Shown here: positions 20,698 through 30,906 of the stretch, piece by piece
How the letters are laid out: each line of letters starts with the position of its first letter
Numbering within the stretch: position 1 is the stretch's first letter
Source: Sinorhizobium meliloti
GTDB lineage: Bacteria; Pseudomonadota; Alphaproteobacteria; Rhizobiales; Rhizobiaceae
Length of the DNA: 32,000 bases
Assembly (NCBI RefSeq): GCF_017876815.1
Contig: NZ_JAGIOS010000001.1
Span: 3,873,232 to 3,905,231, forward strand
Direction: 5' to 3'
Translations under genes and position numbers: made by a program
The notes under the pieces: generated by a model
The model's input: the letters and a program-made list of their open reading frames with translations, nothing else
Told to the model about the DNA's origin: nothing
Database searches by the model: none

Positions 20698-22908
20698 TTA
20701 CTTGTGCCAGCCGCTCTTCCAGCCGGCGATCAGCTTCGGTGCACTGGATTTCAGAGCCTCACCCCGGCCCGAAAGGCTCGGATTGGTCATGAAATAATGC
20801 TGAGCGTTGAACGGCTCGGCGTCCTTGCCGACTTCCATGCGGCGCGAGGTGCCGTCCGGAAGAATCTCGTAGCTCTGCTGGTTGTCGATGAGATTGCCCA
20901 GCATGATCTGCGAAAGAACCTGTTCGTGCACAGTGCGGTTGATGAGAGGAACGAGCGTCTCCACCCGCCTATCCAGATTGCGCGGCATCATATCCGCCGA
21001 GCCGATATAGACAAGCGCATTCTCCGATGGAAGTCCATGTCCGTTGCCGAAGCAGAAAATTCTTGAATGCTCCAGGAAGCGGCCGACGATGGATTTGACG
21101 CGGATGTTGTCGGAGAGCCCGGGCACCTGCGGCCTGAGACAGCAGATGCCGCGCACGACGAGATCGATCACGACGCCCGCGCAGCTTGCCTTGTAGAGCG
21201 CGTCGATGATTTCCGGATCCACCAGGGAGTTCATCTTCATCCAGATCGACGCCGGACGCCCGGCTTGCGCATGGACGATCTCCTCCTCGATGTGCTTGAG
21301 GATGCGCGGACGCAGCGTATGCGGTGAGACCGCGAGCTTCATGCCCCCTTCCGGCTCGCCGTAGCCGGTGATGAAGTTGAAGATGTTCGCCATGTCGTGG
21401 GCGATCACCGGGTTGCAGGTGAAGAACGACAGGTCGGTGTAGATTTTCGCCGTGACCGGGTGGTAGTTGCCGGTACCGAGATGGCAATAGGTCCTGAGCT
21501 TGCCCTCCTCACGGCGCACCACCATCGACATCTTTGCGTGGGTCTTCAATTCGATGAAGCCGAAAACCACCTGCACGCCGGCGCGCTCGAGATCGCGCGC
21601 CCAGCGGATATTTGCCTCCTCGTCGAAGCGCGCCTTCAGCTCGACAAGCGCGGTCACCGACTTGCCGGCCTCGGCGGCATCGATCAGCGCGCGCACGATC
21701 GGGCTGTCGTTCGAGGTTCGGTAGAGCGTCTGCTTGATCGCCAGCACGTCCGGATCGCGCGCAGCCTGCAGCAGGAACTGCACGACGACGTCGAAGGATT
21801 CGTAGGGGTGGTGGACCACCATGTCCTTTTCGCGGATGGCCGCAAGACAGTCGCCCGCGTGTTCGCGTACGCGTTCCGGGAAGCGCGGGTTGTAGGGCTC
21901 GAAGCGCAAATCCTCGCGCGGCGCCTTGGTGATTTCCGAAAGCGTATTCAGCGCCAGCAGGCCAGGCAGTACCGCGACGCGATTTTCGGGAACGCCGAGT
22001 TCCTGCACGACGAACTGACGCAGCGAAGCCGGCATTTCGGAATCGGTCTCGATGCGGATCACCGACCCGCGGCGGCGGCGCTTGAGGGCCGTCTCGAAAA
22101 GGCGCACGAGGTCTTCGGCTTCCTCCTCGACTTCGATGTCGCTGTCTCGAATGATGCGGAACGTGCCCGACCCCTTCACCTCGTAGCCGGGGAAAAGCCG
22201 GTCGATGAACTGGCTGACGACGTCTTCGAGGGTGATGTAGCGGATGACGTTCTTGACGTCCGGCAGGCGAACGAAGCGATCGAGCGCCACGGGCAGGCGC
22301 AGCAGTGCCGTCATCGGGTCGCGACCGGTCTTGCTGACGAGCTGCAGGCCGATCGAGAAGCCGAGATTGGGAATGAACGGGAACGGATGTGCCGGGTCGA
22401 TCGAGAGCGGCGTCAGCACGGGGAAGATCGCCTGGTCGAATTCGTTCGCGAGCCAGCTGCGATCCTGCGCGGAAAGCGAAGCCGGACGGACGATGAGGAT
22501 ATCTTCCTTGGCGAGATATTGCTGCAGGACGGCAAGCGATGCCTGCTGCTCCATCTGCAGATTGTCGACCTCCGTCAGAATGCTCTCGAGCGTTTCCGCC
22601 GGCGTCAGGCCGTCCGGGCTGCGCAGCGAAAGCCCGGAACGGACCTGGCCCTCCAGACCCGCGACGCGAACCATGAAGAATTCATCGAGATTGGCGGCGG
22701 AGATCGATAGAAAACGGACGCGCTCCAGAAGGGGATGCGCCGTGTTCAGCGTCTCCTCGAGGACCCGGCGGTTGAACTGAAGCCAGGAGAACTCGCGGTT
22801 GACGAAGCGCTCGGGGCTCTTGAGAAGGTCCAGCGCCTCGGCCGGCGCCTCACGCTTCTGCTCGGCAGATGCCTCGTGTTCCGTGATTGCAGACGTTGCG
22901 CTGTCCAT
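20698..22908 (-). CDS. ppk: Polyphosphate kinase 1
   Basis: 736-aa [21 protein letters not shown] is the PPK1 N-terminal signature. Two PLD-like HKD regions are present (..[13 protein letters not shown].., ..RFLEHSRIF..). Confidence 0.96.
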   Translation of the reverse strand: MDSATSAITEHEASAEQKREAPAEALDLLKSPERFVNREFSWLQFNRRVLEETLNTAHPLLERVRFLSISAANLDEFFMVRVAGLEGQVRSGLSLRSPDGLTPAETLESILTEVDNLQMEQQASLAVLQQYLAKEDILIVRPASLSAQDRSWLANEFDQAIFPVLTPLSIDPAHPFPFIPNLGFSIGLQLVSKTGRDPMTALLRLPVALDRFVRLPDVKNVIRYITLEDVVSQFIDRLFPGYEVKGSGTFRIIRDSDIEVEEEAEDLVRLFETALKRRRRGSVIRIETDSEMPASLRQFVVQELGVPENRVAVLPGLLALNTLSEITKAPREDLRFEPYNPRFPERVREHAGDCLAAIREKDMVVHHPYESFDVVVQFLLQAARDPDVLAIKQTLYRTSNDSPIVRALIDAAEAGKSVTALVELKARFDEEANIRWARDLERAGVQVVFGFIELKTHAKMSMVVRREEGKLRTYCHLGTGNYHPVTAKIYTDLSFFTCNPVIAHDMANIFNFITGYGEPEGGMKLAVSPHTLRPRILKHIEEEIVHAQAGRPASIWMKMNSLVDPEIIDALYKASCAGVVIDLVVRGICCLRPQVPGLSDNIRVKSIVGRFLEHSRIFCFGNGHGLPSENALVYIGSADMMPRNLDRRVETLVPLINRTVHEQVLSQIMLGNLIDNQQSYEILPDGTSRRMEVGKDAEPFNAQHYFMTNPSLSGRGEALKSSAPKLIAGWKSGWHK

Positions 22909-22972
22909 GCCTGTAAAGCCCCATTACTCCGAACGAACGAGCTACCCCAGTTTGACGACGGAACTGTGACAG

Positions 22973-23662
22973 TCAATCGGAGAGGCTTGTATTTGCAAGC
23001 TCTTCCAGGACTTCCGCCGCCAGGGCGCGGGTCGGCCGCGTTCCGCGCGCAAGCGCCAGATGATCTATCCGCTCGACGATGGTCTGTGCCGCCTCCAGCG
23101 AGCGTTCCATCCGCGCGACGACGTAGCCGACCAGGCGCTCGTCGACCAGGAGCTGGCGGTCGGCAAAAAGCTTGGTGAGCACCTGTACGAGCAGTTCGTC
23201 GTCGGGCTCGCCGATTTCGACCACGGTGGCAGCCTTGAGGCGCGACTTGAGGTCAGGAAGCCCCACCGGCCATGACATCGGCCATAGCCGTGACGTCATC
23301 AAAAGCGCCGTGCCGTTCTGGCGCACGCTGTTGATGACATGGAAGAGAGCCGCATCGTCGAAGCCCTGCCGGTCGGCATCCTCGAAGAGGACCGGCTTTT
23401 CCGCGGCGATATCGGCGGCGTTCGAGCCGGCAAAGGGATGTATCGGCTCCGCTCTGGCCTTTTCGCGCCAGATGCCCGCAAGGTGCGATTTGCCGGAACC
23501 GACCGGCCCGCAGATGATGACCACCGGCGACGGCCAGGCGGGCCAGTGATCGACGATGGAAATGGCCGCGCTCAACCGGTCCGAGACGAGCAGGTCGTCG
23601 CGACCGGTTGCGGGCGCATGGCCAAAGACCAAAGGCAATTGTTCGGACAGATGTCTCTTCAT
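22973..23662 (-). CDS. hdaA: DnaA-related regulatory inactivation protein HdaA
   Basis: 229-aa ORF. QLPLVF near the N-terminus resembles a beta-clamp-binding motif. Walker A is ICGPVGSGKSHL. The DnaA-family AAA+ core is short, without the DNA-binding domain IV. Confidence 0.82.
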   Translation of the reverse strand: MKRHLSEQLPLVFGHAPATGRDDLLVSDRLSAAISIVDHWPAWPSPVVIICGPVGSGKSHLAGIWREKARAEPIHPFAGSNAADIAAEKPVLFEDADRQGFDDAALFHVINSVRQNGTALLMTSRLWPMSWPVGLPDLKSRLKAATVVEIGEPDDELLVQVLTKLFADRQLLVDERLVGYVVARMERSLEAAQTIVERIDHLALARGTRPTRALAAEVLEELANTSLSD

Positions 23663-23717
23663 GCATTACCCGTGAGCATTCACTTTCTGAAGCTACGCAC
23701 TTCCGCACCGAAAAGCT

Positions 23718-24833
23718 CTAGCCGTGGCTCTCCGGCTCCTTGTGAACGGCTGTTCTATGCCCGTGATAGAGATCGCTATCAAGGTACCGCTGGATGCCGA
23801 AGCGGACAAGCACACCGATCGCGGCCGCCGCGGGCACCGCCACGAGCAGGCCGACGAAGCCGAAGAGCGCGCCGAACGCAAGCAGGGCGAACATCAGCCA
23901 GACCGGGTGCAGCCCGACGCTTTTGCCGACCAGTTTCGGCTGCAGAATATTGCCTTCGAGAAACTGGCCGCTGAAGAAAACGGCGAGAACCAAAAGGATC
24001 CAGACATAGTCCGGCCAGAACTGAACGAGCGCGACGCCGAGCGCAAGCACGAGGCCGACCAGCGATCCCACATAGGGAATGAAACTGATCATGCCGGCGA
24101 AGAGGCCGATCAGGAGGCCGAAATTGAGCCCCACCATCGTCAGCCCGATCCCGTAATAGAGGCCGAGGATCAGGCAGAGCGAGCCCTGGCCGCGGACAAA
24201 TCCGGCGATGGTCGTATTCATGTCGCGAGCGATCTGCCGCACGACCTCGACGTAATCGCGCGGTATCCAGCTGTCGACCCTGTCGACCATACGGTCCCAG
24301 TCGAGCAGCAAATAGAAGGCGACGACAGGGGTGATGACGAACAGGGACAGGATATTGAGAAGTGCCAAGCCGGAGTTCCAGATCTGCTGGAACAGCGTGC
24401 CGAGGAAGCTAGCGCCTTGCTCCAAAAGCTTGGCCGAGTTCTGTTTGATCGTCGTCATCTGGCCGGCGAGCCAGTCCGGCAACAGCGTCGACTGGCTGTC
24501 GGTCAGGAATTCCTGAAGCCTCGTGATGTATCCCGGCATTTTCTGAATGAATTCGGCAGCCTGCGTGACGACCAGCGGAACGATGATCATCAGCGACAGC
24601 GCCAGCACGACGACGAAGGCGACCAGGATGGCGATTGTCGCCATCAGCCGGCTCAGACCGAGCCGCTCCAGGCGATCGGCCACAGGATCGAGAAAATAGG
24701 CGAGCGCCATGCCGGCGAGGAAGGGCAGAAGAATGGAACTGAACACCAGCAGGAAGGCAATGAAGCCGACAAGCACTAGCAGCCAGAAAAAGATCTGGCG
24801 CTGAAGTCCCATACTGCTGACCCGATCGCCCAT
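23718..24833 (-). CDS. AI-2E family transporter (PerM-like permease)
   Basis: The start is taken at MGDRVSSMGLQRQIFFWLLVLVGFIAF (ATG 24833; an alternative lies at 24812). There are about 8 TM helices, and LPFLAGMALAYFLDPVADRLERLG is typical of the family. The first 73 codons of the 444-aa ORF look non-coding. Confidence 0.82.
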   Translation of the reverse strand: MGDRVSSMGLQRQIFFWLLVLVGFIAFLLVFSSILLPFLAGMALAYFLDPVADRLERLGLSRLMATIAILVAFVVVLALSLMIIVPLVVTQAAEFIQKMPGYITRLQEFLTDSQSTLLPDWLAGQMTTIKQNSAKLLEQGASFLGTLFQQIWNSGLALLNILSLFVITPVVAFYLLLDWDRMVDRVDSWIPRDYVEVVRQIARDMNTTIAGFVRGQGSLCLILGLYYGIGLTMVGLNFGLLIGLFAGMISFIPYVGSLVGLVLALGVALVQFWPDYVWILLVLAVFFSGQFLEGNILQPKLVGKSVGLHPVWLMFALLAFGALFGFVGLLVAVPAAAAIGVLVRFGIQRYLDSDLYHGHRTAVHKEPESHG

Positions 24834-25078
24834 GACGGCCCCCGTTGCGCGCGGCACACCGCACCTTCCGCGTCGTTCGTTCGGACGAGATAGGGCTTGG
24901 GGCGCGCCAAGGTCAAGTCCGGCAGCGCTCACGGGGCAAACGGCCTGTGGCCGGCAGAAGGTGCTGACCACAGTCGAATTCACGAAAAAAGCAGGATCGG
25001 GCGCGCCTCTGCGCTTGCACTCCTCGCTTCTCCGTGCCAATCGCATCCGCAATCAGCGACGAGCCTTGGAGAGCGAGC

Positions 25079-26149
25079 ATGAGCCAGTCGGGAAAGAACG
25101 GCCTCACCTACAGCGACGCAGGTGTGGATATCGATGCCGGCAACCTGATGGTCGAGAAGATCAAGCCGCATGTCCGCTCGACCCGGCGTCCCGGCGCCGA
25201 TGGCGAGATCGGCGGGTTCGGCGGCCTCTTCGACCTGAAGGCCGCCGGTTTCAGCGATCCGGTCCTCGTCGCAGCCAATGACGGCGTCGGCACGAAGCTC
25301 AAGATCGCTATCGACGCCGACAAGCACGACACGGTCGGCATCGACCTCGTCGCCATGTGCGTGAACGATCTCGTGGTGCAGGGCGCAGAACCGCTGTTCT
25401 TCCTCGACTACTTCGCGACCGGCAAGCTCGATCCCGACCAGGGCGCCGCGATCGTCGCGGGAATCGCCGCCGGCTGCCGCGAGGCGGGCTGCGCGCTGAT
25501 CGGCGGCGAGACGGCCGAGATGCCGGGCATGTATTCCGGCGGCGACTACGATCTTGCCGGCTTTGCCGTCGGCGCGGCCGAGCGCGGGCAGCTTCTGCCG
25601 GCGGGCGACATTGCCGAAGGAGACGTCATCCTCGGACTTGCCTCCTCGGGCGTCCACTCGAACGGCTATTCGCTGGTGCGCAAGATCGTTTCGCTCTCGG
25701 GCCTCGCCTGGGATGCTCCGGCACCTTTCGGAGAAGGCACGCTCGCCGACCTCCTGATGACGCCGACGCGCATCTATGTGAAACCGCTTTTGAAGGCGAT
25801 CCGCGAGACGGGTGCGATCAAGGCACTGGCCCACATCACCGGCGGCGGCTTCCCCGAGAATATTCCGCGGGTGCTGCCGAAGCATCTTGCCGCCGAGATC
25901 GACCTCGGCGCCATCAAGCCGCCGGCCGTCTTCTCCTGGCTCGCAAAGACCGGCGGCGTTGCCGCCAACGAGATGCTGCGCACCTTCAATTGCGGCGTCG
26001 GCATGATCGCCGTGGTTCCGGCGAGTGAAGCGGAAAAAGTTGCGGCAGTGCTTGCCGGCGAAGGCGAAACGGTCTTCACGCTCGGCCGCATGGTCGCACG
26101 CGCCGAGGGCGCGCCCGGCACGATCTACAAGGGCAATCTCGCCATATGA
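25079..26149 (+). CDS. purM: Phosphoribosylformylglycinamidine cyclo-ligase (AIR synthetase)
   Basis: [22 protein letters not shown]...GGFGGLFDL...[10 protein letters not shown]...[23 protein letters not shown] is canonical PurM. Confidence 0.96.
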   Translation: MSQSGKNGLTYSDAGVDIDAGNLMVEKIKPHVRSTRRPGADGEIGGFGGLFDLKAAGFSDPVLVAANDGVGTKLKIAIDADKHDTVGIDLVAMCVNDLVVQGAEPLFFLDYFATGKLDPDQGAAIVAGIAAGCREAGCALIGGETAEMPGMYSGGDYDLAGFAVGAAERGQLLPAGDIAEGDVILGLASSGVHSNGYSLVRKIVSLSGLAWDAPAPFGEGTLADLLMTPTRIYVKPLLKAIRETGAIKALAHITGGGFPENIPRVLPKHLAAEIDLGAIKPPAVFSWLAKTGGVAANEMLRTFNCGVGMIAVVPASEAEKVAAVLAGEGETVFTLGRMVARAEGAPGTIYKGNLAI

Positions 26150-26808
26150 GCATGGTGGCCGGCAAGAAGAAGGTCGTCGTGTTCATTTCCGGCGGCGGCT
26201 CCAACATGATCGCACTGGCGAAGGCTGCCGCCGCGCCGGATTTTCCGGCCGAGATCATTGCGGTGATCGCCGACAAGGCGGATGCGGGTGGCCTCGACAA
26301 GGCGGCCGGGCTCGGCATTCCGACCTTCTCCTTCGTTCGCAAGGATTTTGCGGGCAAGGAAGCGCACGAGCAAGCAATCCTCGCCGAGCTCGACCGGCTC
26401 CAGCCGGACGTGATCTGTCTCGCGGGCTATATGCGCCTTCTTTCTGCGGCCTTCATCCAGCGCTACGAGGGCCGGATCCTCAACATCCACCCGTCGCTGC
26501 TTCCGCTCTTCCCCGGGCTTCACACGCACCAGCGGGCAATCGACGCCGGGATGAGGATCGCAGGCTGCACCGTGCATTTCGTGACGGAGGCTATGGACGA
26601 CGGGCCGATCGTCGCCCAGGCGGCCGTACCGGTCGTTTCCGGCGACACGGCGGATACGCTCGCCGCCCGCGTCCTTACCGTCGAGCACAGAACCTATCCG
26701 ATGGCGCTTCGGCTCGTGGCTGAAGGCAAGGTGCGGATGGAAGCCGGCCGGGTGGTAAGCCATGCCGTCGGCGAGGCAACGGGTACGCTCATTTCCCCCG
26801 CCATCTGA
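26146..26808 (+). CDS. purN: Phosphoribosylglycinamide formyltransferase
   Basis: 220-aa [29 protein letters not shown] and the HFV..E.D.GPI motifs are present. Its ATG overlaps the purM stop (ATGA at 26146-26149). Confidence 0.94.
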   Translation: MSMVAGKKKVVVFISGGGSNMIALAKAAAAPDFPAEIIAVIADKADAGGLDKAAGLGIPTFSFVRKDFAGKEAHEQAILAELDRLQPDVICLAGYMRLLSAAFIQRYEGRILNIHPSLLPLFPGLHTHQRAIDAGMRIAGCTVHFVTEAMDDGPIVAQAAVPVVSGDTADTLAARVLTVEHRTYPMALRLVAEGKVRMEAGRVVSHAVGEATGTLISPAI

Positions 26809-26817
26809 GGCAGCGGG

Positions 26818-28200
26818 TCACCTTCCCATCGCCAGCCGGCGGTCGAGCGCATCGAGCACGCGTCGTGTCAGAGCGGCGTAGTCGCCATCGAAATGATGGC
26901 CTCCCTCGATGGAAACCACGTCGATGCCGGAGGATTTCAGATCCGGGCAGGCATCGTCCTCCTCGTCGGTGCCGTAGATGCACTGCACGAGCGCCGGCTC
27001 GATCGCCTTGATGTCGTCGACCGGGTCGCCGGCATTCCCCTCTCCGTCGGCGCCGAGCCAGCCGAGGACGGAGATCTTGTAGTCGGCGCGATGCGACAGC
27101 GCCATGAGCGTTACCTGCCGTACGCGCGCGCGGGTCGCTGACGGAAGCAGGTTGTAGGTGCGCGGCAGGATGTCGGCGCCGAAGGAATAGCCGATCAACA
27201 GTACATTGCGGACGTTCCACCGCCTGCCGTAATAGGTGATGACACGGGCGAGATCGTCCGCCGTCGCCTGCGGCTGGCGCTCCGACCAGAAATAGCGAAG
27301 CGAATCCACCCCGACGACGGGCACGCCCTGCTGCTGCAGGGCATTGCCGACCTCCTTGTCGATGTCGCGCCAGCCGCCGTCGCCGGAATAGATCACCGCC
27401 ATGGTATCGCGCGCAGGCTTCGCATCGAGAACGGTCAGGGGGAGTCCGAACGGGTTGTCCCCTTCGTCCTCCTGCTGGATGTACCCCGCAAGCGTGGAGG
27501 AAAGTGCGGCATAGACGTCTTCGTCGCTCTCCTGGACTTCGACGTCCGGATGCTTGGCTGCGAGAGCGGCAACGCGCTCGCGTCCGGCAGCCGACGCGGA
27601 CGGCGAAGAGACGACGGTTACCGGGTCGGGCAAGGCGCCATCGGTCAGGCCATAGACCATGCGGTCGCCTTTCCGTGTCTTTTCGGCAGGAGTGCAGAGC
27701 TGCTTCGTCAGGGCGATACCCTCTTCGGGATCGACCGCGAGCGTCCGGCCGATGGTCGCTGCGGGAGATTGTGCGGCGATCGCCAGCGCCATGGCCCCGC
27801 CGGCCCCGACGCCGGCGACGATAGGCGGCCGATAGGCGCCGCTGCCGGCCGCGCGCTGCACCTGCTGACTCAAGGATTCGATGTCCGAGACCGTGTAGAC
27901 GCAGTCCCCGTCATCCCTGCCGAGGGCTGCCAGATAGGCCTTGAGGTCGATGCCGATGACGAGCGCTTTCTCGCTCGAAAGCTTTCGGGCAACGGCATCC
28001 TCCCTCTCTGTCCAGCCGCCGGCGTCCGAAAGCAGCACCACGGCGCCGGAAGCCGCCTCTTTCGGGAACAGGATGTGCGGTGCGGGGATCATGCCGGTGT
28101 CGAACTTTGCCGCGTCTTCGGCAAAAGACGGAAGGGATGCAGCGCCGGCAATCAGTGCCGCCAGGGCTGCACGCTTCAAGATCCTTTTAATGGGGGTCAT
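26818..28200 (-). CDS. acvB: AcvB/VirJ-family protein (lysyl-phosphatidylglycerol hydrolase family, periplasmic alpha/beta hydrolase)
   Basis: The start is taken at ATG 28200 (MTPIKRILKRAALAALIAGAASLPSFA, a signal peptide), which overlaps the lpiA stop by ATGA. The domain is duplicated, with a GYSFGAD nucleophile-elbow motif in the C-terminal half. The gene follows lpiA/mprF, as in the known lpiA-acvB operon. The 252 upstream codons of the 712-aa ORF overlap lpiA out of frame. Confidence 0.85.
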   Translation of the reverse strand: MTPIKRILKRAALAALIAGAASLPSFAEDAAKFDTGMIPAPHILFPKEAASGAVVLLSDAGGWTEREDAVARKLSSEKALVIGIDLKAYLAALGRDDGDCVYTVSDIESLSQQVQRAAGSGAYRPPIVAGVGAGGAMALAIAAQSPAATIGRTLAVDPEEGIALTKQLCTPAEKTRKGDRMVYGLTDGALPDPVTVVSSPSASAAGRERVAALAAKHPDVEVQESDEDVYAALSSTLAGYIQQEDEGDNPFGLPLTVLDAKPARDTMAVIYSGDGGWRDIDKEVGNALQQQGVPVVGVDSLRYFWSERQPQATADDLARVITYYGRRWNVRNVLLIGYSFGADILPRTYNLLPSATRARVRQVTLMALSHRADYKISVLGWLGADGEGNAGDPVDDIKAIEPALVQCIYGTDEEDDACPDLKSSGIDVVSIEGGHHFDGDYAALTRRVLDALDRRLAMGR

Positions 28201-30803
28201 TTCCTGATCACTCCCTTCAGGCCGCCGCCGATCAGGAATGTCGCATCCATCAGCGCCAGGATCGGGTTGAAGCCTCCGCTCGCCACCAGGTAGCGCGGCT
28301 GCCACTGCGGGTGAAACTTGGACTTGAAGGCGCGCAGTCCCTTGAAGTTGTAGAAGCGCTCGCCGTGCTCGTAGAATGCCCGGCCGGCGCGGTCCCATAC
28401 GGGCGCCAGCCGGCGCTCCGACATGCCCGACAGCGGCGCCATTCCGAGATTGAAACGCCGATAGCCCTCGTTCTTCAGATATTCCATCAGTTGCGCGAAC
28501 AGGAAATCCATCGCCCCTTTCGGCGCGTCGGGCGAGAAACGCATGAGGTCGACCGAGCCCTCCTCCTTGGTGCCGGTGATCAGAATATTGGCGAAGGCCA
28601 CGATGCGACCCTGCCGTTTGAGGATCGCGACAGGCTGCGCCGTCAGGTATCGCGGATCGAAGGCGCCGAGGGAAAAGCCCTTCTCCCGCGCATTGTGGTG
28701 GGCGAGCCAAGCATCGGAAACGGCCCCGAGCTCCGGAAGGATCGCCGGTATTTCCGGGGGCGCGACGACCGAGAACTCCAGCCCGTCGCGAATGCCACGG
28801 CTCACCTGCTGGCGCAGGTTTGCCCACTTGCCGCCCTTCATCTCGAGGCGCGTGAGATCGACCTCGGCAAGTTCGCCGAGGCGGAAGGCTCTCAAGCCCG
28901 CATCCGCGTAATGCGAAAGCCCGCGCGCCGAGACCTGGTAGAAGACGGCGCGGCAACCATTGGAGCGCGCCGCCTCGATGAACTGCCAGATGAGATCCGG
29001 CCAGGCATCCACGGGTCCGACCGGATCGAACAACGCAATCCAGGAACGCGCCCAGCGGCCATACATGATGAAGGCCCGGCCGTCGGCGGAGAACATGATG
29101 CTCTTGTCACCCATGCGCACGAGGTTGGCGTCGGACATGTCCTGCGCGTCGACGACGGCGACCGCCCGCTCCATCTCCTGTCCGCAGGCGGGGGCAACGG
29201 CCGCAGCGGCCGGGCGCATCAGGCTCCAGATCGCTACAGCACTTGCGCCGATCGTCACTCCCAGGAAGGCGCGGAGCCCGCGCGGCGCTTCCGCCGAGAA
29301 TTCGAACTGCCACCAGAGCTCATGGCTGTATGCGACGTCGCGATAGACAAAGAGCAGGACGACGAATGCGCCGAAACAGATGACGCCGAGCGCGGTAAGC
29401 CACGGCAGCGTCAGCGCCTGTCCGAAAAGCGAGGCGGGACGATTGAAGAGCCGCCGACTTGCGAGAAGCCCGACAAGAAGGAAGGCGAGCATGCCGGCTT
29501 CCCCGAGCGCCACCGCCTTCACCAACGAAAGCAGGATTGCGGCCAACGCGATCGCGACCGATGCCCACCAGGCGCCATCGAGGCGCAGCGCCAGCCCCCG
29601 CGCGACGATGAACAGCGCCAGACCCAAAAGGCTCGCAAGGAAATGCGCGCCTTCGATGATCGGTAGGGGCACGTAATTCGCAAGAAAGGCCAGGTTCTCG
29701 TCCGGCGTCGGCGTCACGCCCGAGAGAACCAGCATCAGGGCGAGGACGAGCGCCAGCGTGGCAAGCAATAGCGGCGTCATCCGGCCGCCGGCGCGGCGAA
29801 GGCTGGAGGCTGCCGGGTGGCCCGCCAGCTGGCGGAGTTCGATGCCGATCATCACGACGATGGCGATGAGCAAGGGCAACAGGTGGTAGATGACGCGGTA
29901 GAGGACGAGTGCACCGAGCACCGCATCGACGCCGGCTGCGCGGCCCAGGCTCGCAACGATCACCGCTTCGAAAACGCCGAGCCCCGCCGGCACATGGCTG
30001 AGCACGCCGAGGCCGACCGCCACGGCATAGATCGCCAGGAAGGCCGGCCAGCCCACCGTTCCGGCGGGCAAAAGGACATAGAGGACGGTCGCCGACGCCG
30101 CGAGATCGAGCGCCGTGACGAGGAACTGGCGCGAACATGTTTGTGAGTCCGGCAGACGCAAGACGAGGCGGCCGATGCGGACCTCGCGACCGCTGCGAGC
30201 GGCGATCAGCACCACCAGCAAACCGGCAAGGACGAAGACGGCGATTGCCCGCAGCCATGCCGCATCGATCCCGGTCAGCGGCGCCACGTATTCGCCAACG
30301 GCAAGCAGGCTCAAGCAGGTGACCACCGCGAGACCCAACCCGAAGGCGAGTGTGACGAAGGCAATGAGACGGGCGATCTCCTCCGGCTTCAGCCCGAGGC
30401 GCGAATAGGACCGATAGCGGATTGCACCGCCGCTCAGCGGACCGAAGCCCGCCGTGTTGCCGACGGCATAGGCGCAGGCGGCCGTGAGCGCGACGGCGGG
30501 ATAGGGAAGCTTCCGTTCGATGTAATCGAGCGCGCTGACGTCGTAGAAGGTGAGTGCGAGGAAGCTCAGGCCCGTGAACAGGATCGCCGTTGCCACCGAT
30601 CGCCGGCTCGTATCCGCCAGCGCCGACACGACGTCGTCATATCGCACCTCGGCCGTCAGGTGAAAGATCGCCGCGCCGAAGAGCGCGATCACGAGGAGTG
30701 TGCCTATCGCGGAGAGGTAACGCTGGTTGCGTCTCAGAAAGAGCCGCCATGCACCGCGGTCCTGTTGGTCTTCCGCTTCAAACTCTTCCGTGGAGGAAGC
30801 CAT
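28197..30803 (-). CDS. lpiA: Lysyl-phosphatidylglycerol synthase/flippase, MprF homologue (LpiA)
   Basis: 868-aa ORF. The N-terminal half has about 14 TM helices. The C-terminal cytoplasmic domain (..FSADGRAFIMYG...GCRAVFYQVS...FSLGAF...FNLGMAPLSG...FKSKF.P.W.PRYL) matches the aminoacyl-PG synthase domain of MprF. Confidence 0.9.
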   Translation of the reverse strand: MASSTEEFEAEDQQDRGAWRLFLRRNQRYLSAIGTLLVIALFGAAIFHLTAEVRYDDVVSALADTSRRSVATAILFTGLSFLALTFYDVSALDYIERKLPYPAVALTAACAYAVGNTAGFGPLSGGAIRYRSYSRLGLKPEEIARLIAFVTLAFGLGLAVVTCLSLLAVGEYVAPLTGIDAAWLRAIAVFVLAGLLVVLIAARSGREVRIGRLVLRLPDSQTCSRQFLVTALDLAASATVLYVLLPAGTVGWPAFLAIYAVAVGLGVLSHVPAGLGVFEAVIVASLGRAAGVDAVLGALVLYRVIYHLLPLLIAIVVMIGIELRQLAGHPAASSLRRAGGRMTPLLLATLALVLALMLVLSGVTPTPDENLAFLANYVPLPIIEGAHFLASLLGLALFIVARGLALRLDGAWWASVAIALAAILLSLVKAVALGEAGMLAFLLVGLLASRRLFNRPASLFGQALTLPWLTALGVICFGAFVVLLFVYRDVAYSHELWWQFEFSAEAPRGLRAFLGVTIGASAVAIWSLMRPAAAAVAPACGQEMERAVAVVDAQDMSDANLVRMGDKSIMFSADGRAFIMYGRWARSWIALFDPVGPVDAWPDLIWQFIEAARSNGCRAVFYQVSARGLSHYADAGLRAFRLGELAEVDLTRLEMKGGKWANLRQQVSRGIRDGLEFSVVAPPEIPAILPELGAVSDAWLAHHNAREKGFSLGAFDPRYLTAQPVAILKRQGRIVAFANILITGTKEEGSVDLMRFSPDAPKGAMDFLFAQLMEYLKNEGYRRFNLGMAPLSGMSERRLAPVWDRAGRAFYEHGERFYNFKGLRAFKSKFHPQWQPRYLVASGGFNPILALMDATFLIGGGLKGVIRK

Positions 30804-30906
30804 TGGTTCGCCCGTGCGTTGAAGGAGACGACAATGGCTTACCGCAGCGCAGCGCGATCAAACAGTGAAATATCGGTAATGTAGAATACTATGGAGTATC
30901 AGGCGG

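Noticed and set aside
24834-25078. 245-nt divergent region upstream of purM, inspected for a ZTP/pfl-type or other purine-related riboswitch.
   Set aside because: I found no recognisable ZTP core (the GGGUCGUGAC...CCGCCUGGGC-like elements are absent) and no terminator or anti-terminator architecture. It is probably just divergent promoters. A covariance-model scan would be needed to exclude an RNA element fully.
28201-28956. 252-codon N-terminal extension that makes acvB look like a 712-aa protein.
   Set aside because: The extension overlaps the well-supported lpiA C-terminal domain in another frame and is Arg/Pro/Gly-rich. A signal-peptide-bearing start, with ATGA coupling to the lpiA stop, exists at 28200.
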